Of a stretch of 64,000 nucleotides of DNA, positions 26,061-38,883 are shown piece after piece. Source of the stretch: Octopus sinensis (taxonomy: Eukaryota). The translations under genes were made by a program, and so were the position numbers. The notes beneath the pieces were generated by a model. That model was not told the origin of the DNA and did no database searches. It saw only the letters and a list, made by a program, of their open reading frames with translations. Within the stretch, counting starts at the first letter, position 1. Each line of letters starts with the position of its first letter. The stretch is taken from contig NC_043006.1 of assembly GCF_006345805.1 (NCBI RefSeq), positions 41,850,001-41,914,000 of the forward strand, given 5' to 3'.

Positions 26061-28789
26061 TATGTAGCGTAAATCGTGATATTAAGAAGTAGTATATTCC
26101 GGTCCATTTCATTTCATAATGCCTATGGCAAAGTTGTTGTGTTTCTATCATCATATTTTCTATAGCAAGATAGAAGCTAATGAAGCATTTTAACATTCAT
26201 GGCCATTGTAATCTTGGATTTGTAGGTCCTTGTAGATACGTAGCTGGGGCCTGCTTCTAGGGGAATATATTAGCGCGTTCAGAGTCTAATGATTTGGTTA
26301 TGGATACAACGAAATGTTATTGACAGGATATAAACCGTAAAAAGCTGAGTCGCTATCAAATGAGATATTCCTGGTTATATACTGCAGTATTTATTGTTAA
26401 ACAGGCTAGAAACGAGAATTAAATTCATCTCACTGAATCTCTAAGTTTATTTGCCGTCTACACTGTTCAATTCGGTGATGGTCGACGATTATTTCAAATT
26501 TTGCTCTGTTATATCTTGGATCTAAATTAAGAAGTGCTTCTCTACTCTATTTAATCAATAATATTGGTCTATACATCATAAATACAAGAATAGAAATTTT
26601 ATTATAGAAAAATTCTACTTTTTTAGTTACGGAATGGAATTTCATGACCATACACCAACTTGTTTGAAATAAAACAAAAAGAAAAAAAATCAGTTTTGCA
26701 TTGAAAATTCTGATATATTGAAATGATTTTTTTATTAGTAAGTTATTTCCGTTTCAATATGTCAGAAGCTAATAAAACAATAATTCACAAGTCAGGAGGT
26801 GTTAAGGTCGTTGAGAGTAAACACTTATAAGACGCTCTTTATCTTATACACACACAAAGTAATACTATTATAGATTATGTTTTGAATCGACAGTAGGCCA
26901 AATTTTGTACTGCAAAAGCTATATCCGTTTAAATCTAAACCAGTATATTACAGATATACTGGTTTGCAGGCCTCTAAATGGTTACAAAAACAAAGTTATT
27001 ATACAACAGAATTTAACAAAATTATAAAATTATAAAAGTTAATATTCTACATTTTTTCTCAATGCAAGGAAGCTATTCGCTTTCAAATAGTGGATCGACC
27101 TATTTAAGATATGATTCATTTCTGGAATCAAGAGTGGAATCGTTGGTGTAACCATGATGTTCAGGAGATCTGATGGGCTAACCTTCTGTATCTTCATTGA
27201 TTTGTGAATATACAATTGTATTGTTATAATGTGTACTATGCATATCAATGCAGACATTTACCCATAATTTATTATACACTGAAATTACTAAGATATGAAG
27301 AAGGATACAAAACGGCCGTAACCATAAGGATGAGAAATGGTAAATAAATATATTCATCTCACAAACCTCTTGATTTTCTTTGGCTTATATTTCCCTCAAG
27401 GAATAATCTCCTTGCTCGGATCTCCTGGATGTCAACTGCAAGTAACTCTGTATTATACTCTTTTATATTAGATTATTATGTGGTTTGTTAGCCGACTCCG
27501 TTAGAGGAGCTTTCTGTGATAGCCACACAATTTTATGAATCCGTCTATTACACTACAAATTCATATATATCCTTTTATGTATAGTGGTTCTCCAATGACA
27601 TATAAAGGTATAAATAATGACAGATAAAGTACTGGGTTACGAATCCGTTTAGACAGAAATATGTACCTTTGGACGAAAGCTATGTTTTGAATTTCTTTGT
27701 CCATTTAAAGAATTTAATTCTTACCAACGAGAATTTGTTGACGTCATAAGAATTTTATAACGTGAAATAATTCTTTTTTAAAATAGTGGATTCTGAAGCA
27801 TATGGATTTAGGAATGCAAATGTGTAAATATTGGGTTTGCCATTTATACGAGGACGGGGAGCATATCCTCAAAACATGATGGATTAGAAATTTCAACTTG
27901 AAATTAAGGAATCATGAGCCTGTATACAGCTCATTTACTTCTGTTTTTATCTATTAAGAAACTGTAATAATTTCATGTTGATTATAATTTTATGTAGCAC
28001 TATTTTATTCTTTTTAGGAATCCCAGCCATGATTTAACGAATGAAGAGAGATATTTCATTAAAATTATAAATGAAATTAATTTCAGTCTAGTGAAAATTT
28101 ATGGAATGTCTTTTTTTTTGGGATTCTTTGTCTTTTCCATATTACGTAAGTACTTTAGGAACCAAGAGAATCTCCTCTGTGCTTACGTACAGAGTAAAAG
28201 TTCAGTAGACTCGACTGCTATCTCCGCAGTTTTAGGCACCAAATGCGTGTAACAGTGAAATCGATGGCGTATACTTTTTGCGTTACTACTTGGTACAACT
28301 CAGTTTCAAATCTATAGCAGCCGTTTTGTGTTTAAACCCGGGTGTTTACTGGGTGTCAGAATGTTTGTATGCTGTGAGTAGCGGAAGAAGATGACGTCTC
28401 ATACAATAAATCTTTGTTGAAGTGTGATGGTCAAATATCGACCAAAATGTTTGCGCGGTACACCTCAGTTAGCGTTGCTTTGAATATTGTTTGAGTACTC
28501 GATTGTCCTATAAATTAGATTTAAACAAACTGTCATTCTATTCAGGTAGTTGCCTGCCTTTGTTCCGTAAAATACCAAAACAAACGGAAAAATCACCAAT
28601 AAAATCTATTCACCTTTTGTCACGGAGTGTTATGGATATTGACTTGTTTTGAATAGAGATAAATTCGACGTTTTCGGAAGAAAAAAGGGAATCGACTGCA
28701 TGTACTTGATATGTTATGGGTACTTATTTTACTAACAGTTGTGGCTCGTCTTCGGCGGTATATGCACAAATAATCGATTCAAATTTTAA

Positions 28790-28945
28790 CAAAATGGCAG
28801 CCAATATTTAGGGTTAGGAAGCAAGTCGATTATATCTACTCCAGGGATCAATTTATACTTTATTCATCGAAATGAAAAACAAAGGTGACTTGCAGAGATT
28901 TTGAGCTCAAAACACGAAGAGCCGTAAAAAGTGCCGCTACGTATG
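28790..28945 (-). mobile_element. Old family A SINE
   Basis: gtcgattatatctact...aaaaacaaaggtgacttgcagagattttgagctc...gtgccgctacg. Confidence 0.5.
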
Positions 28946-30239
28946 TTACCTTACTCATTCGTAACTCCTCTTGTATCACACAAATTTGACAAATTTAAAA
29001 ATCTGCCAAGATTATAAACACCCTCAACGTCTAACTATGTGATTTCAGTAGGTCTGCTATACACTTCACTTCATCATTGCTTTATATGTTCCGTGATTGA
29101 AGTTAGATAGTAAAGAAAACCTAATGGTGTTCGGAATCTTGTCAACAGTTAAAATTATATCAAATGACGGAATGTAAGCCACTGACAATTCGTCTGATAC
29201 TTCCATACTCCATCGACTCAGATATATGCATCTCTCTACGGAAGTTATTCAGATATCTCCAACAGGATATACCAGTAACTGATATCCCCAACAACAAAAT
29301 ACTAATGTGTCTGAAAGCGTCAAATAAAACTTCTCAAACATCACGATTAATTGACTTTATATCCAACAAAGTGATTTTATTTATATTTTTATTTTCTTCC
29401 TCCCCGAATTTTTTTGCATTATATATTTTGTCTCCGTTTCCTTCCTTTCCTTCCTTAGCGGCGCTTTGGTGCGTGTCTATATTGAAAAAAATTGTCTAGC
29501 TCTTGATAATCTGTCTAATATAGTGTCATCAATTACAATCGAAATAATAGCGTAGCTACTTTACGTGAGTCGTTTTATTATTTGATACACAATGCAAAAT
29601 AAAAAGAAGTGTGTTATATTTTCCTAAACGTTTTTTTTTTATATATATTTAAAAATTGTTTTTATTTAAATGAATGGAGGAAGAACTGTTGATTTCAAAC
29701 CAAAGCATGAACTTTTGACATCGGGTAAAATATTTACTTGTTGAAAATTGTCTTCTGCATCATTATTATTATTGTTGTTGTCGATGTTGTTTTTGTTGCT
29801 GTTGTTGTTCTTGTTGTCATTGTGTTGCGGGTGGAAGCGGGATTATCGATTTATCCGGGCGTGTTTACATCGGCTCTAAAAAGTTTGTAAAATTTTGTAT
29901 GTAAAATGTTTTTTATTTTTGGAGATTTTTTTGTTCAGTAATTGGTGGAGAGGAGGCTCGCAAAATTGTGCCCTAAAGAGCACAGTTGATGTCATTTTAT
30001 TTCGCTCTTGTCTGGGTCATATTTCCTTCTAGAATGTGGCCGCATTAAAGCCCACGAATTACTTCAATGGGGTGATAACAAGTAGCCCTCGCACCGTCAC
30101 GAACTTCATATAGAGAGCGGGGACTTGAGAACAGAAACAGCAACAACACCACCATCATTCACAATGCTAATAAAGACAGCAGTCTACAAATGAAAGGGTT
30201 GAGGAGAACGCCTTCCTCCTGCCTTTCCACTCAGGCGAA

Positions 30240-30440
30240 TTCACCCCGCTATCACTTCAGGAGACGTACTTTCTTCCTTGCGGCGTCCATTCCATCATGA
30301 TGGTAGCATGTCTCTCCTGCGGTAATCGAAGCACATCGTCAGTAAGTCGTATCCGCCGCTTAGTCACCATGACCTGCAGACTTCCTATCTATTCTCTTCT
30401 CTCCACTCTTGGTTTCTCACTCTGTCCTGGTAAGAAATGA
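30240..30440 (-). mobile_element. RTE-like LINE RT C-terminal remnant
   Basis: ISYQDRVRN...SLQVMVTKRRIRLTDDVLRLPQERHATIMMEWTPQGRK resembles the RTE RRLRWxGHVLR...WTP.GKR motif. Confidence 0.6.
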
Positions 30441-30499
30441 CCAGGATTTAACGTAGCCAGCGACGATAGAACACCTTCAGAAATTCGAACAAAATAGCA

Positions 30500-30835
30500 G
30501 CATTTCATCCAGCTACTTACATTCCGTGTTCAAACCCTCCCGAGGTCAAATTGGCATTCATAATTTCAGGGTCGGTAAAATAAAGTACCGCTTAAGTATT
30601 GGCGTGTATGTAGTTGACTAATACCCTCCCTCTAAAATTTTCCTGGTCGTGTACTAAAACTTGCAGCAGTTATTATTAATGATATTATCATCATTAGAAA
30701 GCAGTTCTTCCAACTCTGCCTCTCATCCTTCCAGGATCGATAAAATAAGTACCAGTAGAGCACTGGTGTTTATGTGATCGACCTTCACCTCCACCCTAAA
30801 TTTCTGGCCTTGTGCCAAAAATGTGAAACCAATAT
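30500..30835 (+). mobile_element. Two diverged family A SINE pieces
   Basis: gttcaaaccctcccgaggtcaaattggcattcat and tcatccttccaggatcgataaaataagtaccag. Confidence 0.6.
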
Positions 30836-31583
30836 TATTATAATAATATTGGTTCGGTGGTCCCCAGTGACAGAAGCCCATCGTGGCGAGAAATTCACAA
30901 TTCTGCCTTTGCTAGACCGAGCATGTACGTGATGCTCGATTCCACCCATATGTTTCCGGCTTTTTGTTAGTACATTGCTGAAATAAGTTGGAGGTCCTTC
31001 ATTTCATATGTGGACGTTGTGACGGTTAAAGTATTGGACATTAAACACAACTTGATCGGCGATTCAACAATATTGTGGGGGTATTGGAGAGATGCGAAGG
31101 TTTGATATTCCGTAAAGCGTTCTGAAAAGAAAAACAAAAATATATTAAACTACAGCATTTTGTTTTTAAAATCTTAAAAATCTGAATGCATATTTTCTAA
31201 GATGCACGAAATTCTGCTTTAAGAAACTGGTGCTATATTCCTTAAGCCATCAATAATATAAACATAAACTGATGAGGCGCTGCTGGCTTCCAATCAATTC
31301 GATTGAGAGGAGGAGCGGTCACCGAACTTATTAGCACCAAATAATCTCACGTCAGTTGATTAGCACCAGTATGTAAACATGCAGATCTCAACGGTTTCAT
31401 CGGTTTCGGCATTTAATCCATGAATTATAAAGAAACTAATATCATTTGATGTCTTCAAATCCCTGAGGACTTTCCTTTGCTTTTCATCCACTCATAAAAC
31501 AGAGACACAAACGTTGGCGGCAGATTAGTAGATTACATCTGCGTTAGCTGTATATTCATTATATATTTATGTGTGTATGTATG

Positions 31584-31617
<34 letters not shown>

Positions 31618-32226
31618 CAGACATATACACGCACACGTATATAGTAATATATATGACAAAAGAGAGTGGCGAGAGAGATGGAGATGGCGAGAGTGAGAAA
31701 AAGAGAAAAAAGTTATCGATCCTCACCTGCAAAACAGTAATATTGCTAACATGTAGATAACCAACACTCAAGTATTTACAGCAGGAGGAATTGGAAAACT
31801 CGATGAGCTAAACCTTCCCATGTCTCTCTTGGATACACAAGGATAATGACGTGAGTGAAGAGAAAGAGAATGAACAAGCATTTGGAAGCTGGTTGCTTCA
31901 ATGTATTGACAGCAAATTAGAATACAATACTTCATAGTGACAAAGGCGCAGATTTACAGATAACATGGAAACGAGAAGTGAAGCTTTTTGTTCACTTGCG
32001 AAAGACAATAGCAAGCAGAAAAGGAATTAATTTGGAACCTACGCTATGATCAAAATAACATCTCTAGCTCTTCTCGCAGAGATATTAGTTCTCGTTTTAT
32101 TACTTCTCACCTTCATTTCGCAGGTGAATTGGTAGTATAACAGTACAGTACCTTTGGTGGAATATGCAGTTCAGTATTCTATCTCACATTCATATTACAC
32201 TTCATTGATCTATTCTTATATACGTG

Positions 32227-32274
<48 letters not shown>

Positions 32275-32438
32275 GGTTGTATACTGTCAATCTAACACGA
32301 ACGTGACAGTAGGGGGTACACCACCGTTGTATAGCCCTAGGAAGCATCGACGCCTCCTGATGGCTTTGACACATTTTTCCCTGTGCCCTTATATACATTT
32401 ACAAAGGGGAGACAACACCCCGGCCGCCGGAGCCGCAT

Positions 32439-32481
32439 CTAGGGACACGTGTCTCAGGATCATTGTCCTTCATCGGCCTAG
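32439..32481 (-). ncRNA. Second copy of the same hammerhead, with GAGA for GAAA
   Basis: Minus strand: CTAGG CCGATGA AGGACAATGATCCT GAGA CACGTG TC CCTAG. Confidence 0.65.
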
Positions 32482-32991
32482 AGTAGCAGACACCGGTCAG
32501 CTGGCGATATTTGTCTCGACTTCGTATTGTATATATCTATAATTCAGTGAAGTCTATTCACTGATTATCAAAATAAGAAATACTAAATTTCTAAATCTCT
32601 CGTAGAGACATGTACGGTGGTGGGGCGATAGAATGGTTGTATACTGTCAATCTAACCCAAACGTGACAGTAGTGGGGTACACCACCGCTGTATAGCCCTA
32701 GGAAGCATCGACGCCTCCTGATGGCTTTGACACATTTTTCCCTGTGTCCTTATATACATTTACGAAGGGGGGACAAACACCCCCGGCCGCGGTACCCCCC
32801 CTACTGTCACGTTCGTTTTAGATTGACAGTATACAACCATTCTATCGCCCCACCACCGTACATGTCTCTACGAGAGATTTAGAAATTTAGCATTTCTTAT
32901 TTTGATAATCAGTGAATAGACTTCACTGAATTATAGATATATACAATACGAAGTCGAGACAAATATCGCCAGCTGACCGGTGTCTGCTACT

Positions 32992-33034
32992 CTAGGCCGA
33001 TGAAGGACAATGATCCTGAAACACGTGTCCCTAG
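32992..33034 (+). ncRNA. Minimal type-I hammerhead, variant core CCGAUGA
   Basis: CTAGG-CCGATGA-AGGA caatga TCCT-GAA-ACACGTGT-C-CCTAG: stem I 5 bp, stem II 4 bp, palindromic stem III, GUC site (predicted cut after 33029). Confidence 0.75.
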
Positions 33035-33260
33035 GTGCAGCTCCGGCGGCCAGGGGTGTTTGTCTCCCCTTCGTAAATGTATATAAGGACACAGGGAAAA
33101 ATGTGTCAAAGCCATCAGGAGGCGTCGATGCTTCCTAGGGCTATACAGCGGTGGTGTACCCCCCCCTACTGTCACGTTCGTGTTAGATTGACAGTATACA
33201 ATCATTCTATCGCCCCACCACCGTACATGTATCTACGAGAGATTTAGAAATTTAGTATTT

Positions 33261-33294
<34 letters not shown>

Positions 33295-33301
<7 letters not shown>

Positions 33302-33490
33302 CGATTTTCTCTCTCCGTTTTCCCTTCCTTGGACCTTTCCTACTTCTATGTTTCTGACGAATAGCTCCGCTCGAAACGTTATATCCTCCTCCTTTCTTTC
33401 TTTTCCTGGGCGTCCAGTAACACAATAATTGTTCCACGTCCTCGCGTGGCTGTGTTTTTTCTTTGCGTTTTCATGTTTGGATTAACTATA
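33295..33490 (+). mobile_element. PLE pLTR-like repeat with a degenerate HHR (33350-33384)
   Basis: gttt-CTGACGA-a-tagc tcc gctc-GAA-ACGT-T. Palindromic ACGT stem III; stem I is imperfect. Confidence 0.55.
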
Positions 33491-33500
33491 TCAATGTATA

Positions 33501-33950
33501 TACTAGGTGCATTCCCGAATGTTGAGACATTTTCAGGAGAAACATTTATAACTGCAAAGAATTACAAATCTCTAATCTCCTTCGAAGTAGAATCCTCTTA
33601 CTTCAAAGCACTTATTTTAGAACTCCATCCACTACTCCAAGACCACATGGTAGTTCGCCAAAATGAAGGTGTTCAGGACCCTTGTTACAGACTCCTTCAG
33701 GATATCCTCCACCTTCAGAGTAAGCAAGGGACTGTAGAGCGGGTGGTGAGGGACAATTTGGAATTGTGGACTGCTGCCTTTTACAAAGCAATCTCCTCCT
33801 GAAATCCCTCAAAACCTCTACAGATTACTCTTTGGGATTATCTTGATTTGCCTTCCCTCTTATGCCAGCACAATAACAGATGCTCAATGCATACCTATTA
33901 ATCCAGAAGCAGTCTTAAACATTCCAAAAGTCTCTTTAGATTGTTTGCCT
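33501..33950 (-). mobile_element. Mariner transposase C-terminal remnant with terminal sequence and TA
   Basis: Minus strand: EVLRDFRRRLLCKR..; VPHHPLYSP..VEDILKESVTRVLNTF...KCFEVRGFYFEGD*, matching the mariner HPPYSP and GxYFE motifs. The end reads TA|CTAGGTGCATTCCCG at 33501. Confidence 0.7.
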
Positions 33951-34306
33951 AGTTTAATACACAAAGACATATGCACATGCGCGTGCATGTGTATATGTCT
34001 TAATTGCATAGCGAGCTTCTCAGTTGTCTTTCTGTCCCGATTGCCTTCTACAAACATGTCAGTTATGGTTAAAAGTGTTTAGTAGGTTGTGTTCAAAGCG
34101 CTGTTTCTACCTCCTCCTCCAATATGGAATAACAATGTTGGCAAGTCAGCTTATTGGATGTGTAGTCATGATATAATAAACTTACAATAATCTAAGACAG
34201 TTATAGCTGCCTCTACTAAAAAGCTCCAAACTACTGGAATGTATGTATGTATGTATGTAAGTATTCTTGTATATATGTATTTATGTGTGTGCATATACAT
34301 AAATAT

Positions 34307-34600
34307 GTGGAGGCGTAATGGACCAGTGGTTAGAACAGCGGACTCGCGGTCGGAGGATCGCGGTTTCGATTCCCAGATCTGGCATTGTGTGTGTTTATTG
34401 AGCGAAAACACCTAATTCTCCACGAGGCTACGGAAGGGGGTGGTGGCGACACCTGTTATACTCTTTCGCCCCGACTTTCTCTCATTCTTTCTTCCTGTTT
34501 CTTGAGTAACGCTGCGATGGACTGGCGTCCCGTCCAGCTGCAGAAACCGGGAAGCCGGGCCCATGAGCCTGGCTAGGCTTGAAAAGGGCGCATAAAAAAA
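34307..34600 (+). mobile_element. Family C tRNA-derived SINE, near full length
   Basis: gtggaggcgtaatggaccagtggttagaacagcggactcgcggtcggaggatcgcggtttcgattccc...; A-rich tail. Confidence 0.88.
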
Positions 34601-34842
34601 AATAAATATACATAAATATATGTGTTAGTAAACCTAAAATACATTATGTTTATGAATAAATGTGATGAATATGCTTACGGAAATGATACTGAAAATACTT
34701 AAATCTCGCTACAAAAATATAATCCACGCGAAACATTTTCGCAGCGTGGCTATACATATATCATGCACATCTCGCATACATATTGATTCATAACTCGCTC
34801 TGACTTGCTACGTTTGTCTCGCTGGTGTATATACATACATGC

Positions 34843-34883
<41 letters not shown>

Positions 34884-34900
34884 TATATATATATATATAT

Positions 34901-34971
34901 ATGTAGTGGGACTGAACGCGGAACCATGTGGTTGGAAAGCAAGCTTCTTACCACACAGCTAAGCCTGCGCC
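34901..34971 (-). repeat. Perfect inverted duplicate of the first 71 bp of the adjacent family B SINE
   Basis: Exact reverse complement of 35158-35228, with (TA)n between. Confidence 0.9.
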
Positions 34972-35000
34972 TATATATATATATATATATAATATATATA

Positions 35001-35108
<108 letters not shown>

Positions 35109-35117
35109 TATATAATA

Positions 35118-35148
<31 letters not shown>

Positions 35149-35157
35149 ATATATATA

Positions 35158-35545
35158 GGCGCAGGCTTAGCTGTGTGGTAAGAAGCTTGCTTTCCAACCA
35201 CATGGTTCCGCGTTCAGTCCCACTACATGGTACCTTGGGCCGACCAAAGCCTTGTGAGTGGATTTGGTTGACGGCAACAGAAAGAAGCCCGTCGTATATA
35301 AATATATGTGTGGGTGTGCGCGTGATTGTATTATGCGTGTGTTTTTGTGCCTGTGTTTGTGTGACCTACATCGCTAGACAACCAATGTTGGTGTGTTTAC
35401 GTCCCCGTAAACTAGCAGCTCGGCATAAGAGACCGATAGAATTACTAACTAACTGGCTTACAAAGAATATGTCCTGGAGTTGGTTTCTTTGACTGAAAGG
35501 CGGTGCTCCATCATGGCCGCAGTAAAATGACCAAAACAGGTAAAG
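35158..35545 (+). mobile_element. Family B CORE-like SINE, full length
   Basis: ggcgcaggcttagctgtgtggtaagaagcttgctttccaaccacatggttccgcgttcagtccc...ggcggtgctccatcatggccgcag. Confidence 0.9.
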
Positions 35546-35563
35546 ACACACACACGCACGCAC

Positions 35564-35622
<59 letters not shown>

Positions 35623-36084
35623 TATACAATACAGAGAGAGAGTGTGAGTGAGAGAGATAAAAGTTGACGTTAATATTATCAGTGATGGCTTTTGGCTTTT
35701 AGAATGTGTGCTAACGTTAACATGTTTTTTTTTCCAAAGAGATTAGTATTCCGACGTAGATTTTGACAAAATGTGTCTGATTTCTATCGCTCCCGTGAAA
35801 TTCGTAATCAACTAAATTGTATATTGCCGAGTGTATTCGTGTCACATTTCTGTTAATCTTAGAATTTTGGATTGATTATTTTCTAATTCAATTCGCATCC
35901 TAAAGTTCTGTTAAAAACTAAGAAAGTTTAGTTGACAATTTCTGAGATAAGTTTGATGGTAATTAAAGAAACATAGATCACAATTACCCAGGCAATGTCC
36001 ACAGGGCCAATGGATTGATAACAATTACTTTCCTAAACTATATATGTGCAACAATAGATTTCGAAATCAATGCATCGAAATATA

Positions 36085-36260
36085 GGCGGAGGCGTGGCTG
36101 TGTGGTAAGCAGGTTGCTTCTCGAGCATGTCTTTTCGGATTCAAATTCACAGCGTGGCACTTTGTGTATATGCCTCCTACAATTGCCCCGGGCAGACCAA
36201 CACCTTCTGTGTGGATTTTGTATATGGAAACTAAAAGAAGCATGTTGTGAGTGTATATAC
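36085..36260 (+). mobile_element. Family B SINE, 5' part, diverged
   Basis: ggcggaggcgtggctgtgtggtaagcaggttgc...ggaaactaaaagaagc. Confidence 0.7.
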
Positions 36261-36332
36261 ATACACACACACATACATACACACACACACACACACACAA
36301 CACACACACACACACATATATATATTATATAT

Positions 36333-36367
<35 letters not shown>

Positions 36368-36705
36368 TTGCAAAATATATATTGTGCATATTAAATTATA
36401 TATATATATATATATATTTGATATGCACAATATATATATATTGCTAATAATTTCATGTGATGGAAACTTATCTGACTACATTTTTTAACATGTTTGGGGC
36501 CTTCACTCACTCCTCAGGCTGTGTCCAAGGCACCAGGCATGTTAAGAAATGTTATCTGCGAAGTTTTCCTCGCATGAAACTGTTAGCTGCTCGTAAAACT
36601 ATATATTGTATTCATTAAATATTATATATCTTTCACCACATGAAGTACTTTTTTGTTGATCCTACCATCACGGAACAGTACACTGCACACACACACATAC
36701 ATATC

Positions 36706-36719
<14 letters not shown>

Positions 36720-36737
<18 letters not shown>

Positions 36738-36895
36738 AATATATGCATATATATATATTATATAAATATATGCATATATACATATATATATTATATAAAT
36801 ATATGCATATATACATATATATATTATATAAATATATGCATATATACATATATATATTATATAAATATATGCATATATATGTATATATACATGCA
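36720..36895. repeat. ~30-bp AT-rich minisatellite
   Basis: The unit ataaatatatgcatatatacatatatatatt recurs about 4-5 times. Confidence 0.8.
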
Positions 36896-38572
36896 TATAT
36901 GGGTACAGGAGACATCAAATAAACGTTGAACACAATGAGAAACGAGACATGCAACAAAAAGAATATTCCCCCTCTTCAGTTGTTCCTGTTTCATCTACTT
37001 CGCGGATTCGAAGGCAAGGGCAAGACGCGACATCGTTGATACAATCCTTCCTGCAAAGCAAATTAAATAAAATTTGAGATTTTTTGCGGTAGGTGAAAGT
37101 GGTAACAAGAACAGAACAGTGCGAACATAACAGTAAAAACAAACGGTGAGGACTGTTAAGCCAAGACGATAGAAAAATGATTATGAACGCTAGGAAGACG
37201 AGCTGCTGAAAGGAGACAATATAAGCACGTTTTGTCTTTAGGAAGGTGTTGGTTTCTTTACATCTTCGTAAATTAGTAGTTCACCAAAGAAGGATAAGTA
37301 TGAGAATAGGTGTGGAATAAGTACGAGACTAGAAAATACACTACTGGGGTCGATTTACTGGACTAAAATCTTTCAAGCAGATTCCCCACCATGACCAAAC
37401 TGCAACAACAGAAAAAAGCAGACGATAAAATATATTTGCTAAGGAATAATGAAGTGTCTGAATTATAAACATATAAGTTTTCCGATTCTTATTCAAACGC
37501 ACTTGATGATGTGTCTATAAAACGTAGGCCACGTGGGACTTACCAATAGCTCGGGGCAACCTTTCAGTTTCATTAACATTTCATAATTCGGTAGAAATTG
37601 ATAAACTCTCCTTCCCAAACTTTCGATGATACTAGCCACGTATTAAAATCTAAAGACAAACCAGAGAAAGAGAGAGGGGGTAGGAGAGAGAGACAGATAG
37701 ATAGGGACGGATGGAGGACAGAGAGAGCGGGGATTATGTGTGTATGTGAGAAACAAAAAGAAGTGAATCAATGTTGGTTAATACTTAAATAATGATGCAA
37801 GAGGAGAGTTTGATCCTTATCTCGTACTGTCGAAAATTAACATATGGGACGCTTACAGACAGCTTGAATCGCATCCAAATAGTTCAAGCCGACTAATAGT
37901 AAGTCAATTAGTAACGGAGAAACACTAGACTCTGACTTACAAAATGTGTCATTTCCTCTCTCTCTCTCTCTCTCTTTTTTCTATCTAATTTCTATGTAAT
38001 TATCTGCGTGCCAAAGGACTGACTGGTCTCAAACCTCTACGCCTTAGACACCTCTGATCCGCTCATCTATTGTCCTGCTGTCACTGTTGATATATCCACC
38101 ATCTGCAGTTCCGCATTAAATATTATATCTTTCTCCTTAGCACATCGTTTCTCTGTAGTAAATATTCTCACTTGCTAGTCTTTCCTGCAGTTGCTGACCT
38201 GCAATAGTTACTAATGTCATTTACAAAATATTAATGACATCGAGTTCCATGGTCACAGAGAAGCCAGCAAAGGCCATAGGAATGCCGCTTACAGCATATC
38301 TAACAAAAAAGATCGTTTTTAATAGGCAGCGTTAGCAATACGAATATGGTTCTGTTTCTCAATACGATAAAACCTGATTATCAATACACTGGTTACGAAT
38401 CATCTTGACGACCACAATAAAATAACCGCTGATAGGATGCGAACTGGCCATTTTCTAGTGTGAGTGTGACGGAAGGGGATGTGCGAAATGATAAATAATG
38501 GAGTATATATATATATAAGAAAAATAAAAACGGAAAATTCGTACACTTACATGGTTATAGTAAAATCTTTAA

Positions 38573-38609
38573 TGTATCGACCGGTTTCGCAATTGCTATT
38601 CATGATACA
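38573..38609 (-). ncRNA. Mirror copy of the A3:U8 hammerhead
   Basis: Minus strand: TGTATC ATGAATA GCAATTGC GAA ACCGGT C GATACA. Confidence 0.7.
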
Positions 38610-38846
38610 ATGTTTAATTTATATGAAAAAATATTTTTTCTTAAGAAGAAAATGGGTCCATGTTGTTTATAATGAGATTCACGGGGGAATCTCCTTTCTG
38701 TACACAAATTTTTCCCCACCCAAAACCTAAAACCTTTTAGGGAAAAATTTGTGTACAGAAAGGAGATTCACTCGTGAATCTCATTATAAACAACATGGAC
38801 CCATTTTCTTCTTAAGAAAAAATAGATTTTCATAAAAATTAAACAT

Positions 38847-38883
38847 TGTATCATGAATAGCGATTGCGAAACCGGTCGATACA
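38847..38883 (+). ncRNA. Minimal type-I hammerhead with an A3:U8 core (AUGAAUA)
   Basis: TGTATC-ATGAATA-GC gatt GC-GAA-ACCGGT-C-GATACA: 6-bp stem I, palindromic stem III, GUC site (predicted cut after 38877). Confidence 0.7.

Larger units (their letters stand above)
32272..33265. mobile_element. ~1-kb palindrome built from tandem ~360-bp HHR-containing monomers (retrozyme/PLE-like non-autonomous element)
   Basis: Left arm repeats aatggttgtatactgtcaatc at 32272 and 32632; right arm repeats ctactgtcacgttcg at 32801 and 33166. The inversion junction is near 32790. Confidence 0.9.

Noticed and set aside
30850-31140. Strong minus-strand acceptor (ttttcttttcag, ~31122) followed by short open frames
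   Set aside because: No recognisable protein and no partner exons; unsupported without RNA data.
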